A stretch of DNA of 64,000 bases from an uncultured bacterium. GTDB lineage: Bacteria > Krumholzibacteriota > Krumholzibacteriia > JACNKJ01. The stretch's first letter is position 1; every line of letters begins with the position of its first letter. The stretch is taken from NCBI GenBank assembly GCA_963695095.1, contig CAVOFT010000001.1, forward strand, positions 1,376,001 to 1,440,000, read 5' to 3'. This document shows, piece by piece, positions 23,343 to 32,324 of this stretch. The position numbers and the translations under genes are program-made. The notes beneath the pieces were generated by a model. It saw only the letters and a list, made by a program, of their open reading frames with translations. It did not search any database and had not been told where the DNA came from.

Positions 23343-25469
23343 GTGCAGCTCGAACCCCATCTGGCCGCTCCTTGGCTGGCGCTGATCGTCGTGCTGCTGC
23401 TTTGGGGCTGGGCCCTGTGGAGCTACCGCCAGACCCTGAGCCCCGTGAGCGCGAGCCAGCGCCGCCTGCTGCTCGGCCTGCGTCTGGCGGCATCGCTCTT
23501 GCTGGCTCTTCTCGTCGGCGGGCTCGATCTCGTGCTCGAACGCCGTCGCGCCGAGCGGCCCCTGCTGCGCGTGCTCGTGGACGCCTCGGCCAGCATGCAG
23601 CGCCCGGCGGCGAGCACGGCCGGAGCGACCAGCCGCTACGACCGCGCGCAGGAAGTGCTGTCGGCGCTCGAGGAGCGCTATGAGGGGCGCCTGCGGCTGG
23701 CGCCGGCGGCCTTCGGCGACGGCCTGCTCACCGGCGTGCTGCCGGCGGTGGCCACGGCCCCGGTCACGGACCTGGGCGCTGCGCTCGGCGCGCTGCCTCC
23801 GGCCGAGCCGGGCGAGGCCCTGCTCCTGCTCAGCGATGGCTGCGACACGGAGGGCGGCCTCTGGGCGGGCGCTCTCGGCGGTGGTCGACCGCTCTACGGC
23901 ATCCTGCTGGGCGATAGCGTGGCGCCGGCCGATCTGCGCCTGGACCAGGTGGAGGCCCTGCCCGTCCTGCGCAAGGGCGCTCGCTTGCCGCTGGCCGTGG
24001 AGATCGCCGCCACGGGGCGGGCGGCGCGCGCGGGCCGCCTGCTGGTGCGCGAGAATGGTCGCCTGCTCGCCGCCGAGGACTGGCTGCTCGAGCCGGGCGA
24101 ATCGCGCGTGCGCCTCGAGCTGTCGCTGGAGCTCGAGGCCCTGGGTCAGCATTTGCTCGAGCTCAGTCTCGAGCAGGGGCGGCCGGGCAGCGCGCCGGAC
24201 GCGGCGCCCGGCAACGACAGCCGCCTGCTGGCGGTGCGCGTGGTGGAGAGCCGGCTGCGCGTGCTGGTGCTCGCCGGCCGGCCGGACTGGGATCTGGCGG
24301 CGCTGCAGGACGGCCTGCGCGGCGAAGAGGCCCTCGAGCTCGTGGCCGTCACGCCCGGGCCGACGGGCGGGCTGCGCGAGGCCGCCAGCGGCAAGGCCTG
24401 GCAGGTGGAGGCGGAGCTCTGGCACGGCCTCGTACTCCACTCCTGGCAACCGGGCTGGGACCCGGGGCTCCTGGAGCGTCTGCGCCTGCAGGGAGGCGCC
24501 CTGCTGCTCGGGTCCTTCCTCGAGCGGCCCAGCGGCGCCCGTCTGCCGGCTGCCTGGCGCCTGGACCTGAACGCGGTTCCCGGCGGGCGAGGCCCGGGAG
24601 CGGCCGGAGGCGAGGTCCTGCTGCACTGGGGGGCGGACGCCCTGCGCCATCCGGCCCTGCAGGGGGCCGTGGCCCTGGGTGTGGACCCGGCCTCGCTGCC
24701 GGCCCTGGAGAGCGCGAGCCCCAATCCGCTGGCGGGCGGCCGGGAGCTGCTGGTCGCGGCGGGAGGCGCCGTGCTCAGCGCGCGGGAGCTGGGCGGCCTG
24801 CGCCTGGCCGCCTGCAGCGGCCAGGGCTTCTGGCGCTGGCCCCTGCAGGGCGAGCAGGGGGCGCCCCTCTTCGGCGAGCTCTTCTCGGGCCTGCTGCGCT
24901 GGCTCGCCCGCGAGGATCCGCCCGAGCGCCTGCTCGTCGACTGGGGCGAAGAGAGCCTGAGCGCGGGCCAGCCCGGCCGCCTGCGAGCAGAGGTGCTGGA
25001 TCCGGACTTCCGCCCCCTGGCCGAGGCGGAGCTGGACTGGAGCCTCTCGCGCCTGGCGGGCGACAGCCTGCTGGCCGCCGGCACCTTTGCGCGGGAGACG
25101 GCCGGCGCCGGCTTCGCGGCGCAGCTGCCCGCCCTGCCCGAGGGCCTGTATCGTCTCGCCCTGAGCGCGAGGCTGGCCAGCGGCGAAGCGCTCGCGCGCA
25201 GTATCGAGCTGCCGGTGGAAGCCCCGCGCCGGGAACTGATGGAGCTGGCCGCGCGGCCGGAGACCCTCCGCTGGCTGGCGGCGCAAACGGGCGGTCGCGT
25301 CCTGACCGCCGAAGGGCTTGACGCGCTGGACGCGGCCCTCGACTTCACGCCGCGCAGCGTGACGAGCCGTCGCGTCCTGCGCCTGTGGCAGCACCCCCTG
25401 GCCTTCCTCCTCCTCCTCAGCCTGCTCGCTGCCGAGTGGGGGCTGAGGAAGCGATTCGGCATGGTCTAG
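23343..25469 (+). CDS. Membrane-anchored vWA-like domain protein
   Basis: N-terminal TM segments, VLVDASASM, TDLGAAL, LLLSDG MIDAS-like elements; C-term LAAEWGLRKRFG. Confidence 0.7.
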   Translation: MQLEPHLAAPWLALIVVLLLWGWALWSYRQTLSPVSASQRRLLLGLRLAASLLLALLVGGLDLVLERRRAERPLLRVLVDASASMQRPAASTAGATSRYDRAQEVLSALEERYEGRLRLAPAAFGDGLLTGVLPAVATAPVTDLGAALGALPPAEPGEALLLLSDGCDTEGGLWAGALGGGRPLYGILLGDSVAPADLRLDQVEALPVLRKGARLPLAVEIAATGRAARAGRLLVRENGRLLAAEDWLLEPGESRVRLELSLELEALGQHLLELSLEQGRPGSAPDAAPGNDSRLLAVRVVESRLRVLVLAGRPDWDLAALQDGLRGEEALELVAVTPGPTGGLREAASGKAWQVEAELWHGLVLHSWQPGWDPGLLERLRLQGGALLLGSFLERPSGARLPAAWRLDLNAVPGGRGPGAAGGEVLLHWGADALRHPALQGAVALGVDPASLPALESASPNPLAGGRELLVAAGGAVLSARELGGLRLAACSGQGFWRWPLQGEQGAPLFGELFSGLLRWLAREDPPERLLVDWGEESLSAGQPGRLRAEVLDPDFRPLAEAELDWSLSRLAGDSLLAAGTFARETAGAGFAAQLPALPEGLYRLALSARLASGEALARSIELPVEAPRRELMELAARPETLRWLAAQTGGRVLTAEGLDALDAALDFTPRSVTSRRVLRLWQHPLAFLLLLSLLAAEWGLRKRFGMV

Positions 25470-25562
25470 GCCCTCCGCCCCGGCAACCGGGCGCCTCTGG
25501 CGCCCGGGCGGCCCGAGTGCCCTGCGCGCTCGGACCGCTGGCGAGGGCCGGGGGAGGTTGCC

Positions 25563-27215
25563 GTGGACAGCGGACGCATCGCGCGCCGTCTACTCCTGCT
25601 GCTTTTCCTGCTCGCCTGCGCGCTCTGGCTGCTCCTGGACGATCCCGCGCGTGCAGGGCTGCTCCTCAACGAAGTGCTCTACGATCCCGAGGGCGCCGAC
25701 GGCGACCTCGAGTTCGTCGAGCTGATCGCGGCGGGTCCGGATAGCCTCGCGCTCGGCGAGGTCCGGCTGGAGTTCTGCAATGGGTCGACTCCGGGCGCTT
25801 GGGCGCTGCTCTGGACGGGCTCGCTGAACCTGCCGCCGGGCGCGCTCTTCGTGCTCGGCGAGCCCGCGGTGCCCGGCGCGCAGGTCGTGCTCACGCTCGA
25901 CATGCAAAATGGCCCGGAGGCCCTGCGCCTCGTGGCCGGCGGCGAGCTGCTGGATCTGCTGGGCTACGGCGAGGGCCTCGATCCGGGCCTCTACGAGGCC
26001 TGGCCGGCTCCGGACCCAGCGGGGCAGTCGCTGGCGCGCCTGCCCGATGGCGTCGACACCGACCAGAACGCGCTCGATTGGTTCGCGGCCCCGCCCACGC
26101 CCGGGGCGCTCAACCAGCCGCCCTTCCGCGCGGCGCTGGAGGCGGTCACGCCGCCCTGGCAGCCGCTGGCGCCGGGCGCACCCTGCAGCCTGCGCATCGC
26201 GGCGGCGAACACGGGGCGGGATGCCTGGCCGGCGCCGCTCGTCCTGCAGGTGGATGGCGTCGCCCGCGGCAGCCTGCCCGCTCTGGCGGCCGGCGAGCGA
26301 GGGGGCGGGCTCGTCGTGCTGCCCGGGTTGCCGGCCGGCGATGCCCTGCTCGCCCTCGCCCTCCTGGGACCCACCGGCGGCCTGGCGGACAGCTGCTCGC
26401 TCCCTCTGCGCGTGGGTCTGGGCGCGCTCGCGCTGGACGAAGTGCTCTTCGCGCCCCTGTCCGGGGGCAGCGAATGGGTGGAGTGCCGGGCGCGAGCAGC
26501 CCTCGATGGCCTGGCGGAGTTCACGCTGACCGACCTCGGCGGCACGCGCGCGCGTTTCCGGCCGCCGCCGCTCGCCCCCGGCGAGCGTCTGCTCCTGTGC
26601 GCGGATCGCGAGGCACTGCTCGCGGCGCTGCCAGCGCTCGATCCGGTGCGGGTGCTGGCGCTGAGTCCCTGGCCCAGCCTCGCCAACAGCGGCGAGGCCG
26701 ACCAGGCGCCAGGCTGGACCGATGGCCTGCGCCTGGCCAGCGCCGACGGCCGCTGCGCGGATGGCCTCCTCTACCGCGGCGACTGGATCCCGGCGCGCGG
26801 TTTCAGCATCGAGCGCCTCGCGGACTTCCCGCTAGGCGCGCTCGCCCCCTGGGCGGCCTCGCCCCTGGGCAGCAGTCCGCTGACCGGTAGCGCGGCTCCC
26901 GCGCCCGCCACGGCGTCCGGGCTCGCCCTCGCCCCCAATCCCTTCGACCCCGAGCGCGAGCGCCTCTGGGTGGATCTCTGCGCGCCGGGCGAGGCGCTGG
27001 AGCTGCGCATCTTCGACGCCGCCGGCCGGGAACTGCAGCGCCTGAGCGGCAGCCTGGCCGGGGGCCTCGCGCGCCTGGTCTGGGACGGCTGCGACGCCCG
27101 GGGTGGCCGCCTGGCCGACGGCGCCTATCCGGTCCTGGCCAGCTGGCGAGACGCCGCCGGCGGGCGCCACCAGGCGAAGGCCGTGGTCGGCCTGCAGCGC
27201 CGGAGCCAACACTGA
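25563..27215 (+). CDS. Lamin-tail-domain secreted protein with C-terminal FlgD-Ig-like domain
   Basis: Two LTD-like repeats (LNEVLYDP...EFVEL; LDEVLFAP...EWVE), SLARLPDGVDTD, PTPG, APNPFDP...IFDAAGR...WDG. Confidence 0.75.
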   Translation: MDSGRIARRLLLLLFLLACALWLLLDDPARAGLLLNEVLYDPEGADGDLEFVELIAAGPDSLALGEVRLEFCNGSTPGAWALLWTGSLNLPPGALFVLGEPAVPGAQVVLTLDMQNGPEALRLVAGGELLDLLGYGEGLDPGLYEAWPAPDPAGQSLARLPDGVDTDQNALDWFAAPPTPGALNQPPFRAALEAVTPPWQPLAPGAPCSLRIAAANTGRDAWPAPLVLQVDGVARGSLPALAAGERGGGLVVLPGLPAGDALLALALLGPTGGLADSCSLPLRVGLGALALDEVLFAPLSGGSEWVECRARAALDGLAEFTLTDLGGTRARFRPPPLAPGERLLLCADREALLAALPALDPVRVLALSPWPSLANSGEADQAPGWTDGLRLASADGRCADGLLYRGDWIPARGFSIERLADFPLGALAPWAASPLGSSPLTGSAAPAPATASGLALAPNPFDPERERLWVDLCAPGEALELRIFDAAGRELQRLSGSLAGGLARLVWDGCDARGGRLADGAYPVLASWRDAAGGRHQAKAVVGLQRRSQH

Positions 27216-27976
27216 TGTTGAACTTGAGATTATCTCGGCAACGCTATATAAATAAAGCCATTATCGTGCTTATCAGCCTGGCCTTAGCCCCGCCGCCCGG
27301 CCGGGCGCAGCTCTTCAGCCTCTATCCCGAGCGCTCGCCGCGGGACCTGCAGGCGGCCCTGGACGGCCTCGGTCCCTGGCGGCCGCGCCTCGCCCTGGGG
27401 CAATGGCGCCCCTATGGCTTGCCGGCCGTGGTGCAGGAGCTGGAGCTGGCGGCTCGCCCCGGGGGCCTTCAGCTGGCCCTGGCTGCCAGCCGCCAGGACT
27501 GGGGGCCCATCGGCGCCTGGCGGCTCGGCCTGCGGGCGCTCAGACCCCTGGGGGAGGGTCTCAGCCTGGGTCTGGCCTGGAGCGGCGAGCGCCTGGACGC
27601 GGGCGCCGGCGCGCAGGGCCTCGAGTTGCTGGCGGCCCTGGGCCGGCGGCCCGTGCTCTGCCTGAGCGCCCGCCTCCTCGGCCAGCCGGGGCCGGGCCTC
27701 GCCGCGCGCTCGGCGGGCGCGCAGATCGGCCTCAGCCTGGCCGAGGGGGACTGGATCCTGCGGCTGTGGCGACGGCCCGGAGGTCCGGCGGGCGCCGAGG
27801 AGGGGCTCGCCCTGGAGCGCCGCCTCGGCCCCCTCGAGCTGGGGCTGCAGGCGAACTGGCCGGGCTGGCAGGGCCTGGGCCTGCGCTACGGAGGCGAGCG
27901 CTGGGGCTTGGCCCTCGAGGAGCGTTTCCACGCCGAGCTGGGGGCAAGTCACGGCCTGCGCCTGCTGCTGCGCTAG
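27215..27976 (+). CDS. Hypothetical protein, possible outer-membrane beta-barrel
   Basis: TGATG coupling to upstream gene; alternating hydrophobic strands; PYGL and HAELGASHGL motifs. Confidence 0.55.
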   Translation: MLNLRLSRQRYINKAIIVLISLALAPPPGRAQLFSLYPERSPRDLQAALDGLGPWRPRLALGQWRPYGLPAVVQELELAARPGGLQLALAASRQDWGPIGAWRLGLRALRPLGEGLSLGLAWSGERLDAGAGAQGLELLAALGRRPVLCLSARLLGQPGPGLAARSAGAQIGLSLAEGDWILRLWRRPGGPAGAEEGLALERRLGPLELGLQANWPGWQGLGLRYGGERWGLALEERFHAELGASHGLRLLLR

Positions 27977-29434
27977 ATGAAGAAGTCGCTATTACTCGTT
28001 GCAGCTATGTCGCTTATCATGAATTTACCGGCGCGAGCGGAGGAGGCGCTGCCCCTGGACGCCGAGGCGCCGCTCGCCCTCGGCAGCCTGCCTGCGCGCA
28101 GCGGGCTGAGCCTGGCCGGCGGCTTCGACGCGGCCGGCCCTCGCCCTGCGCGCTACGGCGCGAGCCATGCCCTGGGCGCCTGGCGTCTGGGCCTGGCCGG
28201 CAGCGGCCTGGCCGAGCTGCCCCGGGGCGCTCTCGCGGGAGACTGGGGGCGCTGGCGCCTCGTCGTCGGCGGCCTGGCTGGAGATTGGGGACAGGGCCTC
28301 CTGCTCGGCGCTCGCCGGCGGGCGCCGCTCGGCGCGCCCCGCGCGCCGAGGGCGGCCGCTCTGCCACTGGCGCCATCGACGGCCAGCGAGCCGCTCGGCC
28401 GCGGAGTGCTCCTGGCTGCCGGCGGCAGCGCCGGCCGGGTCGCGATCGCCGTCCTCGAGGACGACTCTGCGCCCGGGCAGGCCGCCGGGCGGCAGGCGCT
28501 CGGCGCCGTCTTGGGGCTGCGCTGGCGGGCGGCCAGTCTGGATCTGCTGCAAGCTCCTCGGGCCCTGGGCGGCGCACTCGGCCTCGACTGGCAGCGCGAG
28601 GACCCGCGGCTCGCCCTCGCCACCGAGGCAGGGCTGCTGGCGCCCAGAGCCGCGCCGCTGCGGCGAGGGCTGGCCTGGCGACTTGCCTTGGCGGCGCCCG
28701 ACCCGGCCAGCGGCCTGCGCTTGGCCGTCGAGGGCTTGCTTCTCGATGGCGCGCAGGCCGCCGGAGCGCGCGGCTGGTTCGGCGCGGCCGCCGGCGAAGA
28801 GCTGCACGCCGCCCTCGCGGGGCCGGGGCCGGGTCCCTGGCGCTGGCGCCTGGCGCGGCGCCTGCGCCGCGGGCTCGGCCTTGCCCGCGGCACGCGGCGC
28901 AGCGAGAGCGCGGTGCTCATCGAGGGCGAAGGGCGCCTGATGCCGCTCGCCCTCGAGATCGAGCTGCGCCAGGTGGAGGAGCGGCGGTCGGAGACCCTCG
29001 ACGCCGCGCCGGGCTTTCCGCGCGCGCGCGATGCGCTCGGGCTGCGCCAGGAGCTGGCCATCGGCCTCGCCGCTTCGCGCGGTCCCGCCCTGCGCTGGCG
29101 GCGGCGCTTCGGCGAAACGGGGGTGGGCAGCCTCGTCCAGCTCACGGGGGCGCTGCCTGGCTTCCCCGGCCTGGAGCTCTCGCTCCTGCGCCATGAACTG
29201 GAGCCCGGGGCGCCGGTCTTCCTCGTCTATGCGAGCGGCGAGGCCGGCGCCGGCCTTGCCGCCGCCAGCGAGACGCGCGCGCTGGCCGGCCGCGGCTGGC
29301 AGGCCTCGGCGCGACTGCGTCTGGGCGGGCCGGGCCGGCGCGCCACGCTGAGTGCGCGCTACGGACGCCGCGAGGATGGCAGCAGCAGCTGGTCGCTGGC
29401 CGCAGGGCTCGATCTGGCCCGCGCGCGCGACTGA
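27977..29434 (+). CDS. Hypothetical secreted protein, possible beta-barrel
   Basis: Signal peptide MKKSLLLVAAMSLIMNLPARA; GDWGQGLLLG; amphipathic strands; starts immediately after upstream stop. Confidence 0.55.
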   Translation: MKKSLLLVAAMSLIMNLPARAEEALPLDAEAPLALGSLPARSGLSLAGGFDAAGPRPARYGASHALGAWRLGLAGSGLAELPRGALAGDWGRWRLVVGGLAGDWGQGLLLGARRRAPLGAPRAPRAAALPLAPSTASEPLGRGVLLAAGGSAGRVAIAVLEDDSAPGQAAGRQALGAVLGLRWRAASLDLLQAPRALGGALGLDWQREDPRLALATEAGLLAPRAAPLRRGLAWRLALAAPDPASGLRLAVEGLLLDGAQAAGARGWFGAAAGEELHAALAGPGPGPWRWRLARRLRRGLGLARGTRRSESAVLIEGEGRLMPLALEIELRQVEERRSETLDAAPGFPRARDALGLRQELAIGLAASRGPALRWRRRFGETGVGSLVQLTGALPGFPGLELSLLRHELEPGAPVFLVYASGEAGAGLAAASETRALAGRGWQASARLRLGGPGRRATLSARYGRREDGSSSWSLAAGLDLARARD

Positions 29435-29487
29435 GCGCCGCTGCGCCTGCGATTGACAGTCCCCGCGATCGATGCTCACATGCGGCC

Positions 29488-30633
29488 ATGGCAAGCTTCT
29501 GCGGCAGCGGCGAGTGGACCGTGCTCGGTCTCATGTGCGGCACCAGTCTGGATGGACTGGATGCGGCGCGCCTGCGCCTGCGCTGCGGCGAGCAGGGCCT
29601 CGAGCGGTGGGAACTGCTCGACTGGCAGGAGGCGCCCTACCCGGCGGCGCTGCGCTCCGAGGCCGAGGCGCTGATCCTGGGCGAAGCGCGAAGCGCCGCG
29701 GCCTTCGCGAGCCTGCACGTCGGCCTTGCCCGCGCCTTCGCTGACTTCGTGCGCACCGCCTTCCCCGCGCCCATCGCCGATCTCGCCGGCTTTCCCGGCC
29801 AGACCCTCTGGCACGATCCCGAAGGCGCGCAGCTGAGCTTCCAGATCGGCAGCCCGGCCGCCTTCGCGGCGCTCACGGGCCTGCCCACGGTGGGGGAGTT
29901 CCGCCTGCCCGACGTGCTCGCGGGCGGCCAGGGAGCGCCGCTGGTGCCCCTGGCCGACGCCCTGCTCCACCGCGACGCGCGCGAGTACCGCGCCCTGCTC
30001 AACATCGGTGGCATTGCGAATGTCACGCTGCTGCCGCCCGGGCGCGGCAGCGAGGGCGTGCTCGCCTGGGACACGGGGCCGGGCAATACCTTGCTCGACA
30101 GCTTCGCCCGCCTGGCCACCGGCGCGTCCTGCGACGAGGGCGGCCGCCTCGCCGCCGCGGGACGCGTGCTGCCCGAGCTGCTCGCCGAGTGGCTGGCCGA
30201 ACCCTGGTTCCAGCGGCCGCCGCCCAAGAGCACGGGCAGGGAACACTTCGGCGGCCGCTTTCTCGGGCCCGCCGCCCTGGCCGGTCTGCGGGCGCAGCAT
30301 GCGGACGCTGACCTCGCCGCCACCCTGCTCGCCCTCAGCGTCGAGAGCGTAGCGCTCGCGCTTGACGGCGTGCCGGCCGATCGCTTGTATGTGGCCGGCG
30401 GCGGCAGCGCGAATCCCACGCTGATGGCGGCTCTCGCCGCCCGCCTGGCGCCCCTCGCCCTCGCCAGCAGCGCCGCGCTCGGCTTGCCGCCCGCGGCCAA
30501 GGAGGCGGCGGACTTTGCCGTGCTTGCCCTGGAGGCGGCCGCGGGCCGTCCTGTCAGCCTGCCCGCCGTCACCGGTGCGCGCGCACCCGCCGCGGCGGGG
30601 CTCTTCGCGCCGGGCAGGCTCCACTGCTTCTAG
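29488..30633 (+). CDS. anmK: Anhydro-N-acetylmuramic acid kinase
   Basis: GLMCGTSLDGLD, GQTLWH, DVLAGGQGAPLVP, NIGGIAN, DTGPGN, PPKSTGRE, KEA. Confidence 0.92.
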   Translation: MASFCGSGEWTVLGLMCGTSLDGLDAARLRLRCGEQGLERWELLDWQEAPYPAALRSEAEALILGEARSAAAFASLHVGLARAFADFVRTAFPAPIADLAGFPGQTLWHDPEGAQLSFQIGSPAAFAALTGLPTVGEFRLPDVLAGGQGAPLVPLADALLHRDAREYRALLNIGGIANVTLLPPGRGSEGVLAWDTGPGNTLLDSFARLATGASCDEGGRLAAAGRVLPELLAEWLAEPWFQRPPPKSTGREHFGGRFLGPAALAGLRAQHADADLAATLLALSVESVALALDGVPADRLYVAGGGSANPTLMAALAARLAPLALASSAALGLPPAAKEAADFAVLALEAAAGRPVSLPAVTGARAPAAAGLFAPGRLHCF

Positions 30634-30645
30634 GACCCGCAGCCG

Positions 30646-32046
30646 ATGAGGATGCCCTTCATGCCGCCGCGCCGACTCCGCCTTCCTCGCCTGGCGCCGC
30701 TGGCCCTGCTTGCGCCGCTCGCCGTGCTTGCGCTCGCCGGCTGCCAGAGCAAGGCGCCGATCCAGACGCGCACGGTCTCGGAGCGGCGGCCGCCCGCGCC
30801 GCGCGCGCAGGAGCCGCGGCGACGGCCGCTGCCCGGCGTGGGCCTCGACCGCGAGCCCGAACTGCGCATCCTGCTCAGCCGCCGCGTCAGCGGCGTGGAA
30901 GTGCAGGCGAGCAGCGGCTTCGTCGCCCTGGACGCCGCGGGCCGCGTGCTCGCGCGCTATGGCGGCGATCGCCGCTACTCCTTCTTCCAGAACCGCCGCA
31001 GCCCCGAGCGCCTGGAGGTGGTCAGCGAGGGCCTGCGCGGCGGCGCCAGGACGAAGGCGGCGCTGGGGCGCCTGCCCTTCGCCGAGGCGATCACGCTGCA
31101 GCCCCTGGCCGGCGGCGTGCTCACCGTGAACGGCAAGGCCTATCGCGGGCGCCTGAAGCTCTGGCGCGAGGAGGACCACTTCAGCTGCCTGAACCTGCTG
31201 CCCATGGAGCTCTACCTGCGCGGCGTGGTGCCCCACGAGATCGGGAACCTGCCGGCGAGCGGCTACGAGGCGATGAAGGCCCAGGCGGTGGCCAGCCGCA
31301 CCTACGCCGTGCAGCGGCTCCTCGCCAGTCGCGAGCGGGCCTGGGACATGGTGGACACCGTGGCCGATCAGGTCTATCGCGGGGCGGAGGCCGAGTCCCA
31401 GGCCGCCAACCGCGCCATCGGCGCCACGCGCGGACAGCTGCTCTTCGCGGGGGAGGAGCCGGCGGAGATCTACTACGCCTCCACCTGCGGCGGCGCGACT
31501 GTGGCCATCGACGAGGTCTGGAAGCACGAACCGGTGCCGCACCTGCGCATGGTGCGCGACGTCGATGCGCAAGGGCGGGCCTGGTGCCGCTCGAGCAAGC
31601 TCTATCGCTGGCAGCAGGGCTGGAGCGCCAAGCAGCTCGGGCAGATCCTGCGCGCCTACCTGCCGCCGGCGGCGGGGCTGCCCGCCGGCACCGAGATCGG
31701 GTATCTCCAGGACATCGCCGTCACCGAGCGCACGCCCGAGGGGCGGGCCAAGCGCCTCGTGGTCCGCACCGACCGGGGCGAGTTCGTGGTGCAGGGCGAC
31801 CGGATCCGCTCGGCCCTGAAGCGCGATCTGCAGGGCAACGCCCTGCGCAGCATCTTCTTCGAGCTGAAGACCGAGCGCGATAAGCAGGGGCGCCTCGTGC
31901 GCATCATCGCGACGGGCGCGGGCTGGGGCCATGGCATCGGCATGTGCCAGGTGGGAGCGATCGGGCGCAGCACGGCCGGCCAGGGCTACGACGAGATCCT
32001 GGCGGCCTACTACCCGGGCACGCGCCTCGCGCGGCGCTGGCATTGA
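30646..32046 (+). CDS. SpoIID/LytB-domain lipoprotein (lytic transglycosylase)
   Basis: LAG-C lipobox; YLRGVVPHE, EAMKAQAVASRTYA, DQVYRG, GWGHGIGMCQVGA, ILAAYYPG. Confidence 0.88.
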   Translation: MRMPFMPPRRLRLPRLAPLALLAPLAVLALAGCQSKAPIQTRTVSERRPPAPRAQEPRRRPLPGVGLDREPELRILLSRRVSGVEVQASSGFVALDAAGRVLARYGGDRRYSFFQNRRSPERLEVVSEGLRGGARTKAALGRLPFAEAITLQPLAGGVLTVNGKAYRGRLKLWREEDHFSCLNLLPMELYLRGVVPHEIGNLPASGYEAMKAQAVASRTYAVQRLLASRERAWDMVDTVADQVYRGAEAESQAANRAIGATRGQLLFAGEEPAEIYYASTCGGATVAIDEVWKHEPVPHLRMVRDVDAQGRAWCRSSKLYRWQQGWSAKQLGQILRAYLPPAAGLPAGTEIGYLQDIAVTERTPEGRAKRLVVRTDRGEFVVQGDRIRSALKRDLQGNALRSIFFELKTERDKQGRLVRIIATGAGWGHGIGMCQVGAIGRSTAGQGYDEILAAYYPGTRLARRWH

Positions 32047-32092
32047 AGGTTGCAAGTCCTTGTGGAGGGATCGCTTGGGCCGGCGGGGAGGC

Positions 32093-32121
32093 TTGACAGC
32101 CCAGGGCGGCTTTGCTACCTT
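32093..32121 (+). promoter_or_regulatory. Promoter of tRNA-Asp
   Basis: TTGACA-N17-TACCTT with TG extension. Confidence 0.7.
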
Positions 32122-32139
32122 GCGCCCCTGCCTGTGCTG

Positions 32140-32214
32140 GGGGGCGTAGTTCAGCCTGGTTAGAACGCCTGCCTGTCGAGCAGGAGGTCGCGAGTTCGAA
32201 TCTCGTCGCTCCCG
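32140..32214 (+). tRNA. tRNA-Asp(GTC), CCA not encoded
   Basis: Acceptor GGGGGCG/CGCTCCC, D-arm GTTC/GAAC, anticodon arm CCTGC-CTGTCGA-GCAGG, T-arm GCGAG-TTCGAAT-CTCGT, discriminator G. Confidence 0.95.
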
Positions 32215-32238
32215 CCCTGCGCCATCGGGCGCCTGAGG

Positions 32239-32270
32239 ACTCCCGCAAACCCTTGCGGGAGTTTTCGTTT
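32239..32270 (+). terminator. Rho-independent terminator after tRNA-Asp
   Basis: ACTCCCGCAA-ACCC-TTGCGGGAGT-TTTCGTTT. Confidence 0.85.
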
Positions 32271-32324
32271 GGGGAAATGCCTGGAGTCTCGACAGCCCGG
32301 CGCCCCGGGCGCTAGACTGCTGCC

